Shown here in pieces: positions 1-9,465 of a stretch of 64,000 nt of DNA. This DNA comes from Shigella phage Moonfish. A program made the translations under genes and the position numbers. The notes beneath the pieces were generated by a model. It did no database searches and was not told the DNA's origin. It saw only the letters and a program-made list of their open reading frames with translations. The stretch's first letter is position 1. Every line of letters begins with the position of its first letter. The DNA lies in sequence record PQ613263; one strand, 5' to 3'.

Positions 1-230
1 TAATCCTTCGCCAGTTCTGTGTGGAAGATTGTGCACGTTACGTGCAAGAGTCTGGTGACCCACTGCTTGAAGCTAACAACCGTGCAGATGCACTGAACAT
101 GGCTCAAGCTGCTGGTCACTTACGTCGTTGGCTCGACCTCGCCATTCGTATGGGCGAACGTGAAGCTGATGTTATTCTACAGGTACAAGAAGAACTCGAT
201 GTAGTTCGTGCTGAACCTGAAGACGAATAA
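1..230 (+). CDS. 3' end of an upstream late (virion) gene, partial; identity unknown (portal or neighbouring virion protein by position)
   Basis: Reading frame is open from the window edge to the stop at 228-230; same strand and codon usage as the capsid module downstream. Confidence 0.5.
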   Translation, partial: ILRQFCVEDCARYVQESGDPLLEANNRADALNMAQAAGHLRRWLDLAIRMGEREADVILQVQEELDVVRAEPEDE

Positions 231-249
231 TTAACCGGAGATATTTCCT

Positions 250-1470
250 ATGACTACGGAAGCTGCAACCACAGCTTCCGACATTCTCGCAATGTCGGAT
301 GATGAGATTCTGAATATGGAAGCCCCAGCAGTTATTGCTGAGGAAGATACTTCCACTCAGAACAACCCAGAAACCAACGGCGTACAGACTCCTGCTGAAG
401 AAGTTGACACCCCTGCTGTTGAAGACCAACCAACCGAAGAAACCTCCCCTGAAACTGAGCCAAACGAAGAAGATGCAGCAAATGCTTTAACTTCTGATAA
501 AGTTGATGATAAAGTTGTCGACACAGAAGTTGATAGTAACGGTAAGCCGATTACTAAAGCTGAACCTTCTACTGCTGAACCAGGCCAGGAACAGAAAGAA
601 GAAGGCAAACAGTCTGAAGGTCTGCCTGCTGACTTCAACTATAAGGAAGGTTATGAGAAGTTGATGGCTCCTTTTAAAGCTAACGGCAAAATGATTACTC
701 CCCGTTCACCGGAGGAGGCCATTAGCCTGATGCAGATGGGTGCTAACTATACTCGCAAGATGCAAGAACTTCAGCCGTACCGTAAGGTAATGCTGATGTT
801 ACAGAACAACGGTTTAATGGATGAGGATAAACTTTCTTACCTGATTGACCTGGATAAGAAGAATCCTGAAGCTATTAAAAAGTTGCTGAAAGACTCTGGT
901 ACAGATCCTCTGGAATTTAATCCAGATGAAGAAATTAACTACCAGGGTGGCAATCACCGTGTTACCGACACCGAAGCAGATTTTGCAACCGAAATTGACG
1001 ACTTAAAGTCTACTCAAGAAGGACAAGCTACATTAGGTGTTATCGGCTCGACGTGGGATGCTGCCAGTAAAGATGCTCTTTATCAGAATCGTGGTTTACT
1101 TCAGACTATTCACGAACAACGTGAGAATGGTATTTATGACACCATTGCTAACGAAGTGAATCGTCTTCAGATGTTAGGCCAGATTCCGGTTGGTACTCCG
1201 TTCATTCAGGCGTATAACCACGTTGGTAATCTCCTTGCACAACAGGGAGCATTTAACCAAGTGGCTAAGCCAGAACCAGTACAAGCAGTTAAGCCAGTGG
1301 TTCAGCCGGTAGTGCGTGTAGCACAACCCAAGCAGACCCTGACTAACAATGAGCAAGCTAAAGCAGCTTCCCCTAGTCGGGCTGCTACACGTAAAGCAAC
1401 ACCTATTGTAAACCCACTCGCTATGAGTGATGAAGATTTCGCTAAACTCCCAGTACCGGGTAGTCTTTAA
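250..1470 (+). CDS. virion-module protein with acidic low-complexity N-terminal third (scaffold-like?)
   Basis: 406-aa ORF with RBS-like GGAG upstream; N-terminus rich in E/D/T/P; sits immediately upstream of the major capsid gene. Confidence 0.6.
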   Translation: MTTEAATTASDILAMSDDEILNMEAPAVIAEEDTSTQNNPETNGVQTPAEEVDTPAVEDQPTEETSPETEPNEEDAANALTSDKVDDKVVDTEVDSNGKPITKAEPSTAEPGQEQKEEGKQSEGLPADFNYKEGYEKLMAPFKANGKMITPRSPEEAISLMQMGANYTRKMQELQPYRKVMLMLQNNGLMDEDKLSYLIDLDKKNPEAIKKLLKDSGTDPLEFNPDEEINYQGGNHRVTDTEADFATEIDDLKSTQEGQATLGVIGSTWDAASKDALYQNRGLLQTIHEQRENGIYDTIANEVNRLQMLGQIPVGTPFIQAYNHVGNLLAQQGAFNQVAKPEPVQAVKPVVQPVVRVAQPKQTLTNNEQAKAASPSRAATRKATPIVNPLAMSDEDFAKLPVPGSL

Positions 1471-1486
1471 ACAGGAATAAGATGAT

Positions 1487-2689
1487 ATGTTAAACTATAA
1501 CGCTCCAATTGACGGTCAGAAATCTAGTATTGATGGTGCTGGTTCCGACCAGATGAATACCTTTTACTGGCTGAAGAAGGCTATTATTCAGTCCCGTAAA
1601 GACCAGTACTTCATGCCACTGGCTAACACCATTAACATGCCGAAAAACTACGGTAAGACTGTTAAGGTGTATGAGTACGTTCCTCTGCTCGACGACAAGA
1701 ACATTAACGACCAGGGTATCGATGCTAATGGTGCTACCATCGTTAACGGTAACCTGTATGGTTCTTCTAAAGACGTTGGTAACATCACCTCTAAACTGCC
1801 TCTGCTGACAGAGAATGGTGGCCGTGTTAACCGTGTAGGCTTTACCCGCCTGTCTCGTGAAGGTTCTATTCATAAGTTCGGTTTCTTCTACGAATTTACT
1901 CAAGAGTCCCTGGACTTTGATTCTGATGACCAACTGAAAGAACACCTGTCTCGTGAACTGCTTAATGGTGCTATTCAGTTGACTGAAGCTGTTCTCCAGA
2001 AAGACTTGCTGGCTGCTGCCGGTACTGTACTGTATGCAGGTGCAGCTACCTCTGATGCTACCATCACTGGTGAAGGTGCTACCCCGTCTGTAGTTTCTTA
2101 TAAGAACCTGATGCGTCTTGACCAGATTCTTACTGAGAACCGTACCCCGACTCAGACCACTATCATCACTGGTTCCAAGCTGACTGATACCAAAGTACTT
2201 GGTGGTACTCGTGTAATGTACGTTGGTTCTGAACTGGTTCCAGAACTGAAAGCGATGAAAGACCTGTTCGGTAACAAAGCATTCATCGAAATTCAGCACT
2301 ATGCTGATGCTGGTACTCTGATGAATGGTGAAGTTGGTTGTATCGACAAGTTCCGTATTATTCAGGTTCCTGAGATGCTGCATTGGGCAGGTGCTGGTGC
2401 TGCTGCAACTACTAACCCGGGCTACCGTTCTTCTATGGTTGGTGGTGAAGAACACTACGATGTATTCCCGATGCTGGTAGTTGGTGATGACTCCTTCTCT
2501 ACCATTGGCTTCCAGACTGATGGTAAGTCTGTTAAGTTCTCCATCATGACTAAGATGCCGGGTAAAGAAACTGCTGACCGTAATGACCCATATGGTGAGA
2601 CTGGCTTCAGTTCAATCAAGTGGTACTACGGTATCCTGGTTAAACGTCCAGAGCGTCTGGCCCTGATTAAGACTGTTGCTCCTCTGTAA
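1487..2689 (+). CDS. major capsid protein (N4 gp56-like)
   Basis: 400-aa ORF with highly biased codon usage and G/T/A-rich composition typical of HK97-fold coat proteins; followed by a strong hairpin terminator; size and position match N4-like major coat protein. Confidence 0.75.
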   Translation: MLNYNAPIDGQKSSIDGAGSDQMNTFYWLKKAIIQSRKDQYFMPLANTINMPKNYGKTVKVYEYVPLLDDKNINDQGIDANGATIVNGNLYGSSKDVGNITSKLPLLTENGGRVNRVGFTRLSREGSIHKFGFFYEFTQESLDFDSDDQLKEHLSRELLNGAIQLTEAVLQKDLLAAAGTVLYAGAATSDATITGEGATPSVVSYKNLMRLDQILTENRTPTQTTIITGSKLTDTKVLGGTRVMYVGSELVPELKAMKDLFGNKAFIEIQHYADAGTLMNGEVGCIDKFRIIQVPEMLHWAGAGAAATTNPGYRSSMVGGEEHYDVFPMLVVGDDSFSTIGFQTDGKSVKFSIMTKMPGKETADRNDPYGETGFSSIKWYYGILVKRPERLALIKTVAPL

Positions 2690-2707
2690 TAGTCTGAAAT
2701 AAAACAA

Positions 2708-2725
2708 GGGGGACTCATGTCCCCC
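2708..2725 (+). terminator. intrinsic terminator after capsid gene
   Basis: GGGGGAC-tcat-GTCCCCC hairpin followed by T/A-rich tract. Confidence 0.6.
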
Positions 2726-2756
2726 TCTTAATAAAACTAAATGAACCACAGGAAAT

Positions 2757-3398
2757 ATGAACATGAGTATTAACGATAAACCGACCACTGACGTAGAACT
2801 GGACGTACAGGGCAACGAAGATACCGTTAACGATATTGCAATGCCTAGCGAACTTGAAGTTCTTAAGCAACGTGCAACGTTGATGAATATTAAGTTCTCT
2901 AACAACATCTCCGTTGAAAAACTCCGTGAGAAAATTGAAGCTGCACAAGCAAGCGACGAACCAGAAGTAACAGAAGCTGCTGTTAACCCACTGGGGGCTA
3001 AACAGGAAGCAGGTGCTAAGAAGATGACTCTGGGTCAGAAGATTCGTGCAGAACAGACTCGTTTGATTCGTGTACGTATCCAGAACCTTGACCCCAAGAA
3101 GAAAGACCTGCCGGGTGAGATTATCACCGTAGCTAACGAATATATGGGTACTGTACGTAAGTTTGTTCCATTCGGTGAAGTAACCGACAATGGTTATCAT
3201 ATTCCGTACTGTATTTATGAGTTCCTTAAAGAACGTAAGTTCATCAACATTACGACTCGTAAAGGTAAGAATGGCTTACCGGATATCCGTGCAACAGAAG
3301 CACGTGAGTTCTCCATTGAGGTACTGCCTCCGCTGACTGAAGCAGAATTGGCTCAACTGGCTCAAGCACAGATTGCTGCTGGTAGCCTGAACGATTAA
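2757..3398 (+). CDS. hypothetical virion protein (N4 gp55-like by synteny)
   Basis: 213-aa ORF in late operon between capsid gene and next terminator. Confidence 0.55.
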   Translation: MNMSINDKPTTDVELDVQGNEDTVNDIAMPSELEVLKQRATLMNIKFSNNISVEKLREKIEAAQASDEPEVTEAAVNPLGAKQEAGAKKMTLGQKIRAEQTRLIRVRIQNLDPKKKDLPGEIITVANEYMGTVRKFVPFGEVTDNGYHIPYCIYEFLKERKFINITTRKGKNGLPDIRATEAREFSIEVLPPLTEAELAQLAQAQIAAGSLND

Positions 3399-3419
3399 CG
3401 TATAAGCTACAGTTCAACA

Positions 3420-3456
3420 CGGCTCACTGGGGTAACTCCGTGGGCCGTTTCTTTTT
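3420..3456 (+). terminator. intrinsic terminator
   Basis: 8-bp GC-rich stem (CGGCTCAC/GTGGGCCG) followed by TTTCTTTTT. Confidence 0.5.
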
Positions 3457-3468
3457 GAACCAAGAGGA

Positions 3469-4311
3469 ATGATTATGTCTTGTTCTGCTGAGGTAGAAGC
3501 TAACCGACTCCTAGAAGAGTTAACTAAGGGTGATGACTTTACCCTTCCCGATATTGATATGTCCGGTCCTGAATGGGATATCCCAGGTGGGGATGATTCT
3601 CCAATCTTTGGTGCTATTACCAAAGTAACCAATGAATCACTTACTACCCGCGAAGTAGGTGGTAGTGGTACGTTTGATGCATTAATGGAATCTGCACACA
3701 ATCACCTTAAAGCTGAGTTTAAAGCTAATCGTATTACCGGTGGTGAGTATACCAAGGCATATATTGCTATGATGGAATCTTGCATGGGGAATGCTGTTCA
3801 GTTCTTACTTGGTCGTGACCAAGCATACTGGGCTGCTGCTATGGCACAGATTCAGGCAGTTACTGCTCGTGTTCAACTGGCAACCTCTAAAGCACAGTTT
3901 GTACTGGCTAAGATTCAGGCACTGTCCGCTAAGAGTGAATATGCTCTTACTAAGATGAAGATTGCTACTGAGTCTGAAACGTACTGTGCTGCATTGTTTA
4001 ATGCTAGTCAGATGTTACCTCAACAGCTTAAGCTGATTACAGAACAGACCGAAGCACAACGTGCACAGACTCTGGATACCCGTACTGATGGTACTGCCGT
4101 TAAAGGTTCTGTAGGTAAACAGAAAGAGTTGTACACCCAACAGATTACTTCTTACCAACGTGATGCAGAAGTTAAAGCATCTAAGCTGTTTACTGATGCA
4201 TGGATTACTCAGAAGACTATTGATGAAGGCTTGAATCCACCTAATGGTTTCACTAACGCAAGTATTGATACTATTCTGACCAAGCTGAAGTCTAACAACG
4301 GGCTGAACTAA
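3469..4311 (+). CDS. hypothetical virion protein (N4 gp54-like by synteny)
   Basis: 280-aa ORF with RBS; alpha-helical, Q/A-rich. Confidence 0.55.
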   Translation: MIMSCSAEVEANRLLEELTKGDDFTLPDIDMSGPEWDIPGGDDSPIFGAITKVTNESLTTREVGGSGTFDALMESAHNHLKAEFKANRITGGEYTKAYIAMMESCMGNAVQFLLGRDQAYWAAAMAQIQAVTARVQLATSKAQFVLAKIQALSAKSEYALTKMKIATESETYCAALFNASQMLPQQLKLITEQTEAQRAQTLDTRTDGTAVKGSVGKQKELYTQQITSYQRDAEVKASKLFTDAWITQKTIDEGLNPPNGFTNASIDTILTKLKSNNGLN

Positions 4312-4312
4312 T

Positions 4313-6955
4313 ATGGGCTTATTCAGTGGGAAGACCAAAGTATACGTAGCATCCTCTGTCTATAACATGGCAGGGGATATACAGAAACGTCCAAACTATA
4401 TGAAGACTGTGGTCATTGGTAAGATTGTTGCTGATACAGGATTTACTATGGCAGACACTATCTCTGATAGTTATCTGAATGGACCGGGCATTCGTATGCG
4501 ACTGTTCTCCGGCTGGAGTAAGAACCACTATGACTCAGTAGTTGGTATGGCAGGTTCTTCATTAGGTGTACTAGCTAAGATTGACCCTACTGTTATAGAG
4601 GGACAAATTACCCCACCTGCTGGAGAATCTGTCTATGTTCAGGCAGCAGAGATTGGCTTTGCTGACTTTGAACAATGGTGTGACCAGTATCTTTATGAGA
4701 ATGCCCCTAGTCGAATCATGGAACGATTCGACGTAGACATTGATGAAGATACTAATGAGATTACTATGACCTCCTTAGATGGAGGTTCTACTATTACATT
4801 CACACCTACTAACTTTGAACCAGGTGCTTTGTATCTCTATGCTGATTACACATTCTATAAGTCCCCTTCTACCAATCCACCGGTAGTAGGGCCGACTACT
4901 GTCTACGATGATGAAGATGACCTACCTTCTACTTTGTTATGGACTACCGTTTCAAGTGATACTACAGCTAATACAACCAATCTTACTAAGACTATACAGA
5001 CCCATTCTGTTTACTCTGATGGCAGATCGGATGAAGATAGTACTGTTACTGAACCAAGTGTGGATAACTGGAACTCCTACGTTAAGGTTTATCGTAGAGG
5101 ATTCACTGAGAAACCCAATGATGTAACTGTAGTTGTATCTGACAGGGTAATGACCCATACAAAGTTTGGTGAGATTCAAACCAGTACTGCTGTAACTACC
5201 AATGTTGTTGATTTAGGTGGGGGTGTTACCCGTACTGACACAATCACTACAACTACAGAGACACTGGTTCGTAAGTATTCATCCCAGACTACTCGTACTG
5301 ATACTGAGATGACTGCTGTTGGTACACCTAAGCTGCTTATCTACAAGCAGAACTCCGGTAATGTTGCTCTGGATTCACTGTTTGAAACCGAGGCTACTGA
5401 TAACCGATTCTACCCATTCATCCCAATCAGGAATGATAAACAGTGGGTAGAAAATGACCCAATCTACCCGTACTGCAAGAAGGCTCTTTATAAAGCTACT
5501 GGTGGTAAACTCAATACAGTAATGACTGAGCTTAAGAAGAATGAGGACATAGGTGATATTCAATACATTTATGGCTCATTCGGTGTGTCTCTTAATACCC
5601 CAGAGGATACTGCTAAGGAATACATCTATCGTTTCTTTCAGATGGCTACTGAAGCATTCCCACCTGACCCAACCTACCCTACATTGGAAGCAGTGATTGC
5701 AGGTTATCAGGCAGCAAATGATGCAGTTGATGAATATGTAGCATGGTGGAACAGGCAGGAAGGTCAGATTGTTGGAACACCCCCTCCACTGCCAGAATAC
5801 CCAGTCATACCTAAACGAGAGTTTAGGGTACATAGTAATAAGCAGTACAAGTACGACATGACCATTGGCTGGAACTATGTATCTGAAACTACTCATTCAG
5901 GTGAAGCATGGTCTGGTGCTAAGCAGGGACAACTTCGAGCCAGATATGCAGGAGATATAACTCTTACTCGCAAGAACATACGTACAGGTGCTAACAACAA
6001 ACTGGAAGTTACTACTACGTTTTACTCTATGCAGGAGTACGAGTTACTTTGGCAGGATGGTAATGACACTTACCGTAAACTTAGAGTACTGGGTCTAAAT
6101 CACAATAACAGGGTATACAAAAATAAATCAGTAAGTATTGACGTTGCCGAAGCAATGGGTGATGCAGAAGAGAGTGGTTTCATTATTCCACTGCACACTA
6201 ACATCTACCGTTCAATGTCACTGGTTCGTAGTACCCAATTGTCTACTGCTTGCTCTTACTTAGTGATGAACTCATATAAGAAGGTTAAGCAGAAATGGTA
6301 TACATCATCTGCATTTAAGATTGTGGTTGTTGTAGTTGCTGTTGTTGTATCCGTATTCACTATGGGTGCTGGTGGTGCAGGTATTCTTGGGGCATATGGT
6401 GCAGTTGGTGCATCACTTGGTTTTGTTGGATTAGCTGCTGTAATAGTGGGTGCTGTAGCAAACGCTATTGCTGCAATGATTCTGGTATCCATCATCACTA
6501 AAGTATCCACTTCACTGTTTGGTGATAAGCTGGGCTTTATTGTTGCAGCTATTGCTTCAATGGTGGCTATGAACGTTGGTACTGCTATGTCTACTGGAAC
6601 ATCCTTATCCACCTTAGCTGGTGAGATGATGAATGCCCAAAACATCATGCAGCTTACTAGTTCAGTAGGTAATGGTATTAGTCAGTATATTAATGCATCC
6701 ACGGCTGCTACTATTCAGAAAGCAGAGAGTGTAATGCAGCAGTACAATACTGATATGATGGCAATCAATAAGCAGTATGAAGAGATGTTTGGTACTGCTG
6801 GACAGGGTGTAATTGACCCTATGCAATTTGTGTCAATGGAGTCGTTGGATTCTTTCTTATCACGTACTCTTATGACTGGTTCAGATATAGCTGACATGTC
6901 TTTAAACATGGTTGGAAGCTACTCTGATATGACTCTTAATACAGACCTTGTTTAA
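4313..6955 (+). CDS. large internal virion protein with C-terminal Gly/Ala-rich transmembrane segments (ejection/channel protein candidate)
   Basis: 880-aa ORF; residues ~660-760 are a long hydrophobic G/A/V-rich stretch (VVVVVAVVVSVFTMGAGGAGILGAYGAVGASLGFVGLAAVIVGAVANAIAAMILV...). Confidence 0.7.
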   Translation: MGLFSGKTKVYVASSVYNMAGDIQKRPNYMKTVVIGKIVADTGFTMADTISDSYLNGPGIRMRLFSGWSKNHYDSVVGMAGSSLGVLAKIDPTVIEGQITPPAGESVYVQAAEIGFADFEQWCDQYLYENAPSRIMERFDVDIDEDTNEITMTSLDGGSTITFTPTNFEPGALYLYADYTFYKSPSTNPPVVGPTTVYDDEDDLPSTLLWTTVSSDTTANTTNLTKTIQTHSVYSDGRSDEDSTVTEPSVDNWNSYVKVYRRGFTEKPNDVTVVVSDRVMTHTKFGEIQTSTAVTTNVVDLGGGVTRTDTITTTTETLVRKYSSQTTRTDTEMTAVGTPKLLIYKQNSGNVALDSLFETEATDNRFYPFIPIRNDKQWVENDPIYPYCKKALYKATGGKLNTVMTELKKNEDIGDIQYIYGSFGVSLNTPEDTAKEYIYRFFQMATEAFPPDPTYPTLEAVIAGYQAANDAVDEYVAWWNRQEGQIVGTPPPLPEYPVIPKREFRVHSNKQYKYDMTIGWNYVSETTHSGEAWSGAKQGQLRARYAGDITLTRKNIRTGANNKLEVTTTFYSMQEYELLWQDGNDTYRKLRVLGLNHNNRVYKNKSVSIDVAEAMGDAEESGFIIPLHTNIYRSMSLVRSTQLSTACSYLVMNSYKKVKQKWYTSSAFKIVVVVVAVVVSVFTMGAGGAGILGAYGAVGASLGFVGLAAVIVGAVANAIAAMILVSIITKVSTSLFGDKLGFIVAAIASMVAMNVGTAMSTGTSLSTLAGEMMNAQNIMQLTSSVGNGISQYINASTAATIQKAESVMQQYNTDMMAINKQYEEMFGTAGQGVIDPMQFVSMESLDSFLSRTLMTGSDIADMSLNMVGSYSDMTLNTDLV

Positions 6956-7412
6956 CAGGAGAATCCTCATGGATTTGTCATTCTTAACAGGCAACCAAAC
7001 CCCACAGCCAGCGGCTATGTCTTGGATGTCTAATAACAACCAGAACTTTAATACCCCAGCTATGAACTATAACCCAGGTGCTGCCATTGGTATGGGTGCA
7101 GATACAGGAGTAACCTCACCTACTTCTTTCTTGTCTGGTTCAGCTAATCAGTTGGGCATGAACGTACCTACCTTCCAACTAGGACTGGGTGCACTTGGTT
7201 CATTAGCTAATATCTATGGTGGTTTCCAGGCTAATAAGTTAGCCAAAGACCAGTTGAACTTTACTAAGAGTGTTACTAACACTAACCTGAATAACCAGAT
7301 TAAGTCTTATAACACTGCATTAGAAGACCGTGCTCGTAGTCGTGCTACAGCAGAGAACCGTGACCAGTCTTCAGCCGATGCTTACATTGCAGCTAATAAA
7401 CTAACTCGTTAA
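6948..7412 (+). CDS. small virion protein (N4 gp52-like by synteny)
   Basis: 154-aa ORF overlapping upstream stop; N/G/S-rich. Confidence 0.5.
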   Translation: MFNRRILMDLSFLTGNQTPQPAAMSWMSNNNQNFNTPAMNYNPGAAIGMGADTGVTSPTSFLSGSANQLGMNVPTFQLGLGALGSLANIYGGFQANKLAKDQLNFTKSVTNTNLNNQIKSYNTALEDRARSRATAENRDQSSADAYIAANKLTR

Positions 7413-7424
7413 TAGGAAACCATC

Positions 7425-9380
7425 ATGGCTCAAATTACATGGCGAAATGTTGACGCACCTAACTTCTCTGGAGTTGGTGACAGCATTCGCACATTTGGCA
7501 GCATGATTGGTAACGCTACCTCCGGCTTAAGTGATGCACTGGGTAATTTCCAGAACGCTGCTAAGCAGGAGGCTGGCAATGCCGTCATGATGAATGCTAT
7601 GCAATACCAAGACCCTACTGAGTATCGTAATGCTTTGGCATCTGGTGCACTGTTTCAGGGGGTTGACCCTTCTCTGGTAAACCAACGTACTCTCCAGAAT
7701 CTGGATGAGCGAGCAGGTACATTACTGGCTCAGCAAGGTCAACAGGGAACCAACGACTACAATGCTTATCGTTTTGGTCGTTTACAAGATACCAATACTG
7801 CATTGGATAATGCTTCCCCTGCTGTACGTTTACTGTCTGAGGCTTACCAGTCTGGGGACCAGAACCGTATTAATGCTGCACTGAGTCAGACTCGTGATGC
7901 ACTGTCTGCACTACCTGCCGACCAGCAACTTGAGATGATGAGTCGTCTACAGGGACAAGGTGGTCAGGCTATTAATCAAGCACAGAACCGTTTTGATTTG
8001 GGTGTGGCTCAACGTAATGATGCTGATAGTCAGGCAGCACAGGGTGTTATGGCCCAGATTACTCGTGGTGCAGAAAACCCCAATGATGCTCGTCTGTTGG
8101 CAGAAGCATATAGCAAGAATCTGTCTCCGGTTGCACAGGCACTTTTGCAGGGATTACTGGCTAATGCTTACCCAGGTGTATATGGTAATGGTGTAGGTGC
8201 TGCTTCTGCTCCGGGTACTGCTGGTACTCGTCAGGGTTCTCCTTATGATGTTACTTACCAGTTTGCTGGTACATCTACTCCTATTACTCAAATGAGTATT
8301 GGTGATGTAATTAAACACCAGGATGGTATGAAGTCTAACCAGGGTGCTTCACCTGTTGGGGCATTCCAGATTAACCAAGCTACCCTAAAAGACTTTGCTC
8401 CCAAAGTACTTGGTTCAGATTGGCAGAGCCAGCCACTTTCTCCTGAGAACCAGGATAAGATTGGTAAGGCTATCTTCGAACAGCGTAAGAATGGCAACCT
8501 TAAAGATACTTGGGCTGCACTTCCTAATGCTGGTGTCGGTGCTTATAAGGACATGTCATGGGAAGAGATTAAGCCAATCATTGCACAGGCTGAGGTTGGT
8601 GCTAATCCATTAGCTATGCGACAGACTGCACAAGGTAACCAAGCCGTATCTACTCTGGCTCAGGGTATGATTGGTACTCGTTCTATGCAGGACAATACCG
8701 GTAGCCTTAACACTGACTTCCTCGGTACTGTTACCGACAATACTCCAGTAGGTGAGATTGCTAACCGTTTGTTGGAAGGCGACTTTAAGGGTGCTGACCG
8801 AAACTGGGTACTTAACCGACTGACCGATATTTCTCAACGTGGGAATATGTCACCAGCTATGGCTGCTGCTGTTATGCAACGTTCACAGACTGGTGTTCCA
8901 GAAGGTTACATTAGTCGTGCTATTGATGCAGTTAACCCATTTATTACCAATGAAGCTGGTAATGGTATGCGTCTTAATGACCGTCAGGTAGACCAGCTAA
9001 TTGAGGGTGTACGTCGAGGTGAACCACTGGAAGGTAGTGTACGTAATCTTGGGCGTGCACAGGCAGCACAGAACATTCAGGCAGCACAGACTGCTTATGA
9101 TGCTGCTGTAGCTGCACTGACAAATACTCAGAACAAGATTAACACCGGACAAACTGGTCTTACTGCATTGTTACCTGCTCGACGGGAAGCTGTTACCAGA
9201 GCTGCTGCAATGCTCCAAGCTGCACAAGGGCAAGTTCAAGCAGACCCAGCTAACCTGGCTCCAAGAGGTTTCCAGTCACAGTCTAGTGTGGACCGGGCAC
9301 GAGCCAAGGAAGATGAAGAACGTGCTGCACGGTACTTACGTCAGGCGCAAGGTTTACCTGAGTATATGCAACCTCGCTAA
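7425..9380 (+). CDS. virion protein (N4 gp51-like by synteny), Q/A/N-rich; possible glycosidase-like central segment
   Basis: 651-aa ORF directly upstream of vRNAP; central segment GASPVGAFQINQATL weakly resembles transglycosylase motifs (unverified). Confidence 0.6.
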   Translation: MAQITWRNVDAPNFSGVGDSIRTFGSMIGNATSGLSDALGNFQNAAKQEAGNAVMMNAMQYQDPTEYRNALASGALFQGVDPSLVNQRTLQNLDERAGTLLAQQGQQGTNDYNAYRFGRLQDTNTALDNASPAVRLLSEAYQSGDQNRINAALSQTRDALSALPADQQLEMMSRLQGQGGQAINQAQNRFDLGVAQRNDADSQAAQGVMAQITRGAENPNDARLLAEAYSKNLSPVAQALLQGLLANAYPGVYGNGVGAASAPGTAGTRQGSPYDVTYQFAGTSTPITQMSIGDVIKHQDGMKSNQGASPVGAFQINQATLKDFAPKVLGSDWQSQPLSPENQDKIGKAIFEQRKNGNLKDTWAALPNAGVGAYKDMSWEEIKPIIAQAEVGANPLAMRQTAQGNQAVSTLAQGMIGTRSMQDNTGSLNTDFLGTVTDNTPVGEIANRLLEGDFKGADRNWVLNRLTDISQRGNMSPAMAAAVMQRSQTGVPEGYISRAIDAVNPFITNEAGNGMRLNDRQVDQLIEGVRRGEPLEGSVRNLGRAQAAQNIQAAQTAYDAAVAALTNTQNKINTGQTGLTALLPARREAVTRAAAMLQAAQGQVQADPANLAPRGFQSQSSVDRARAKEDEERAARYLRQAQGLPEYMQPR

Positions 9381-9398
9381 AATACTTCATACTAATAA

Positions 9399-9419
9399 AA
9401 GCCCTCCGGGGCTTTTTTC
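9399..9419 (+). terminator. intrinsic terminator
   Basis: AGCCC-tccg-GGGCT hairpin followed by TTTTTT. Confidence 0.6.
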
Positions 9420-9465
9420 TTACACTGGCTTACTGTAGAGTAGGCTTCCTATATACGATATAAGT

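Noticed and set aside
1490-2455. 321-aa antisense ORF inside the major capsid gene, and the many 60-140-aa antisense ORFs inside the vRNAP gene
   Set aside because: They lie opposite long, strongly coding genes, lack RBS and have low-complexity odd composition; typical shadow ORFs of biased-codon sequence.
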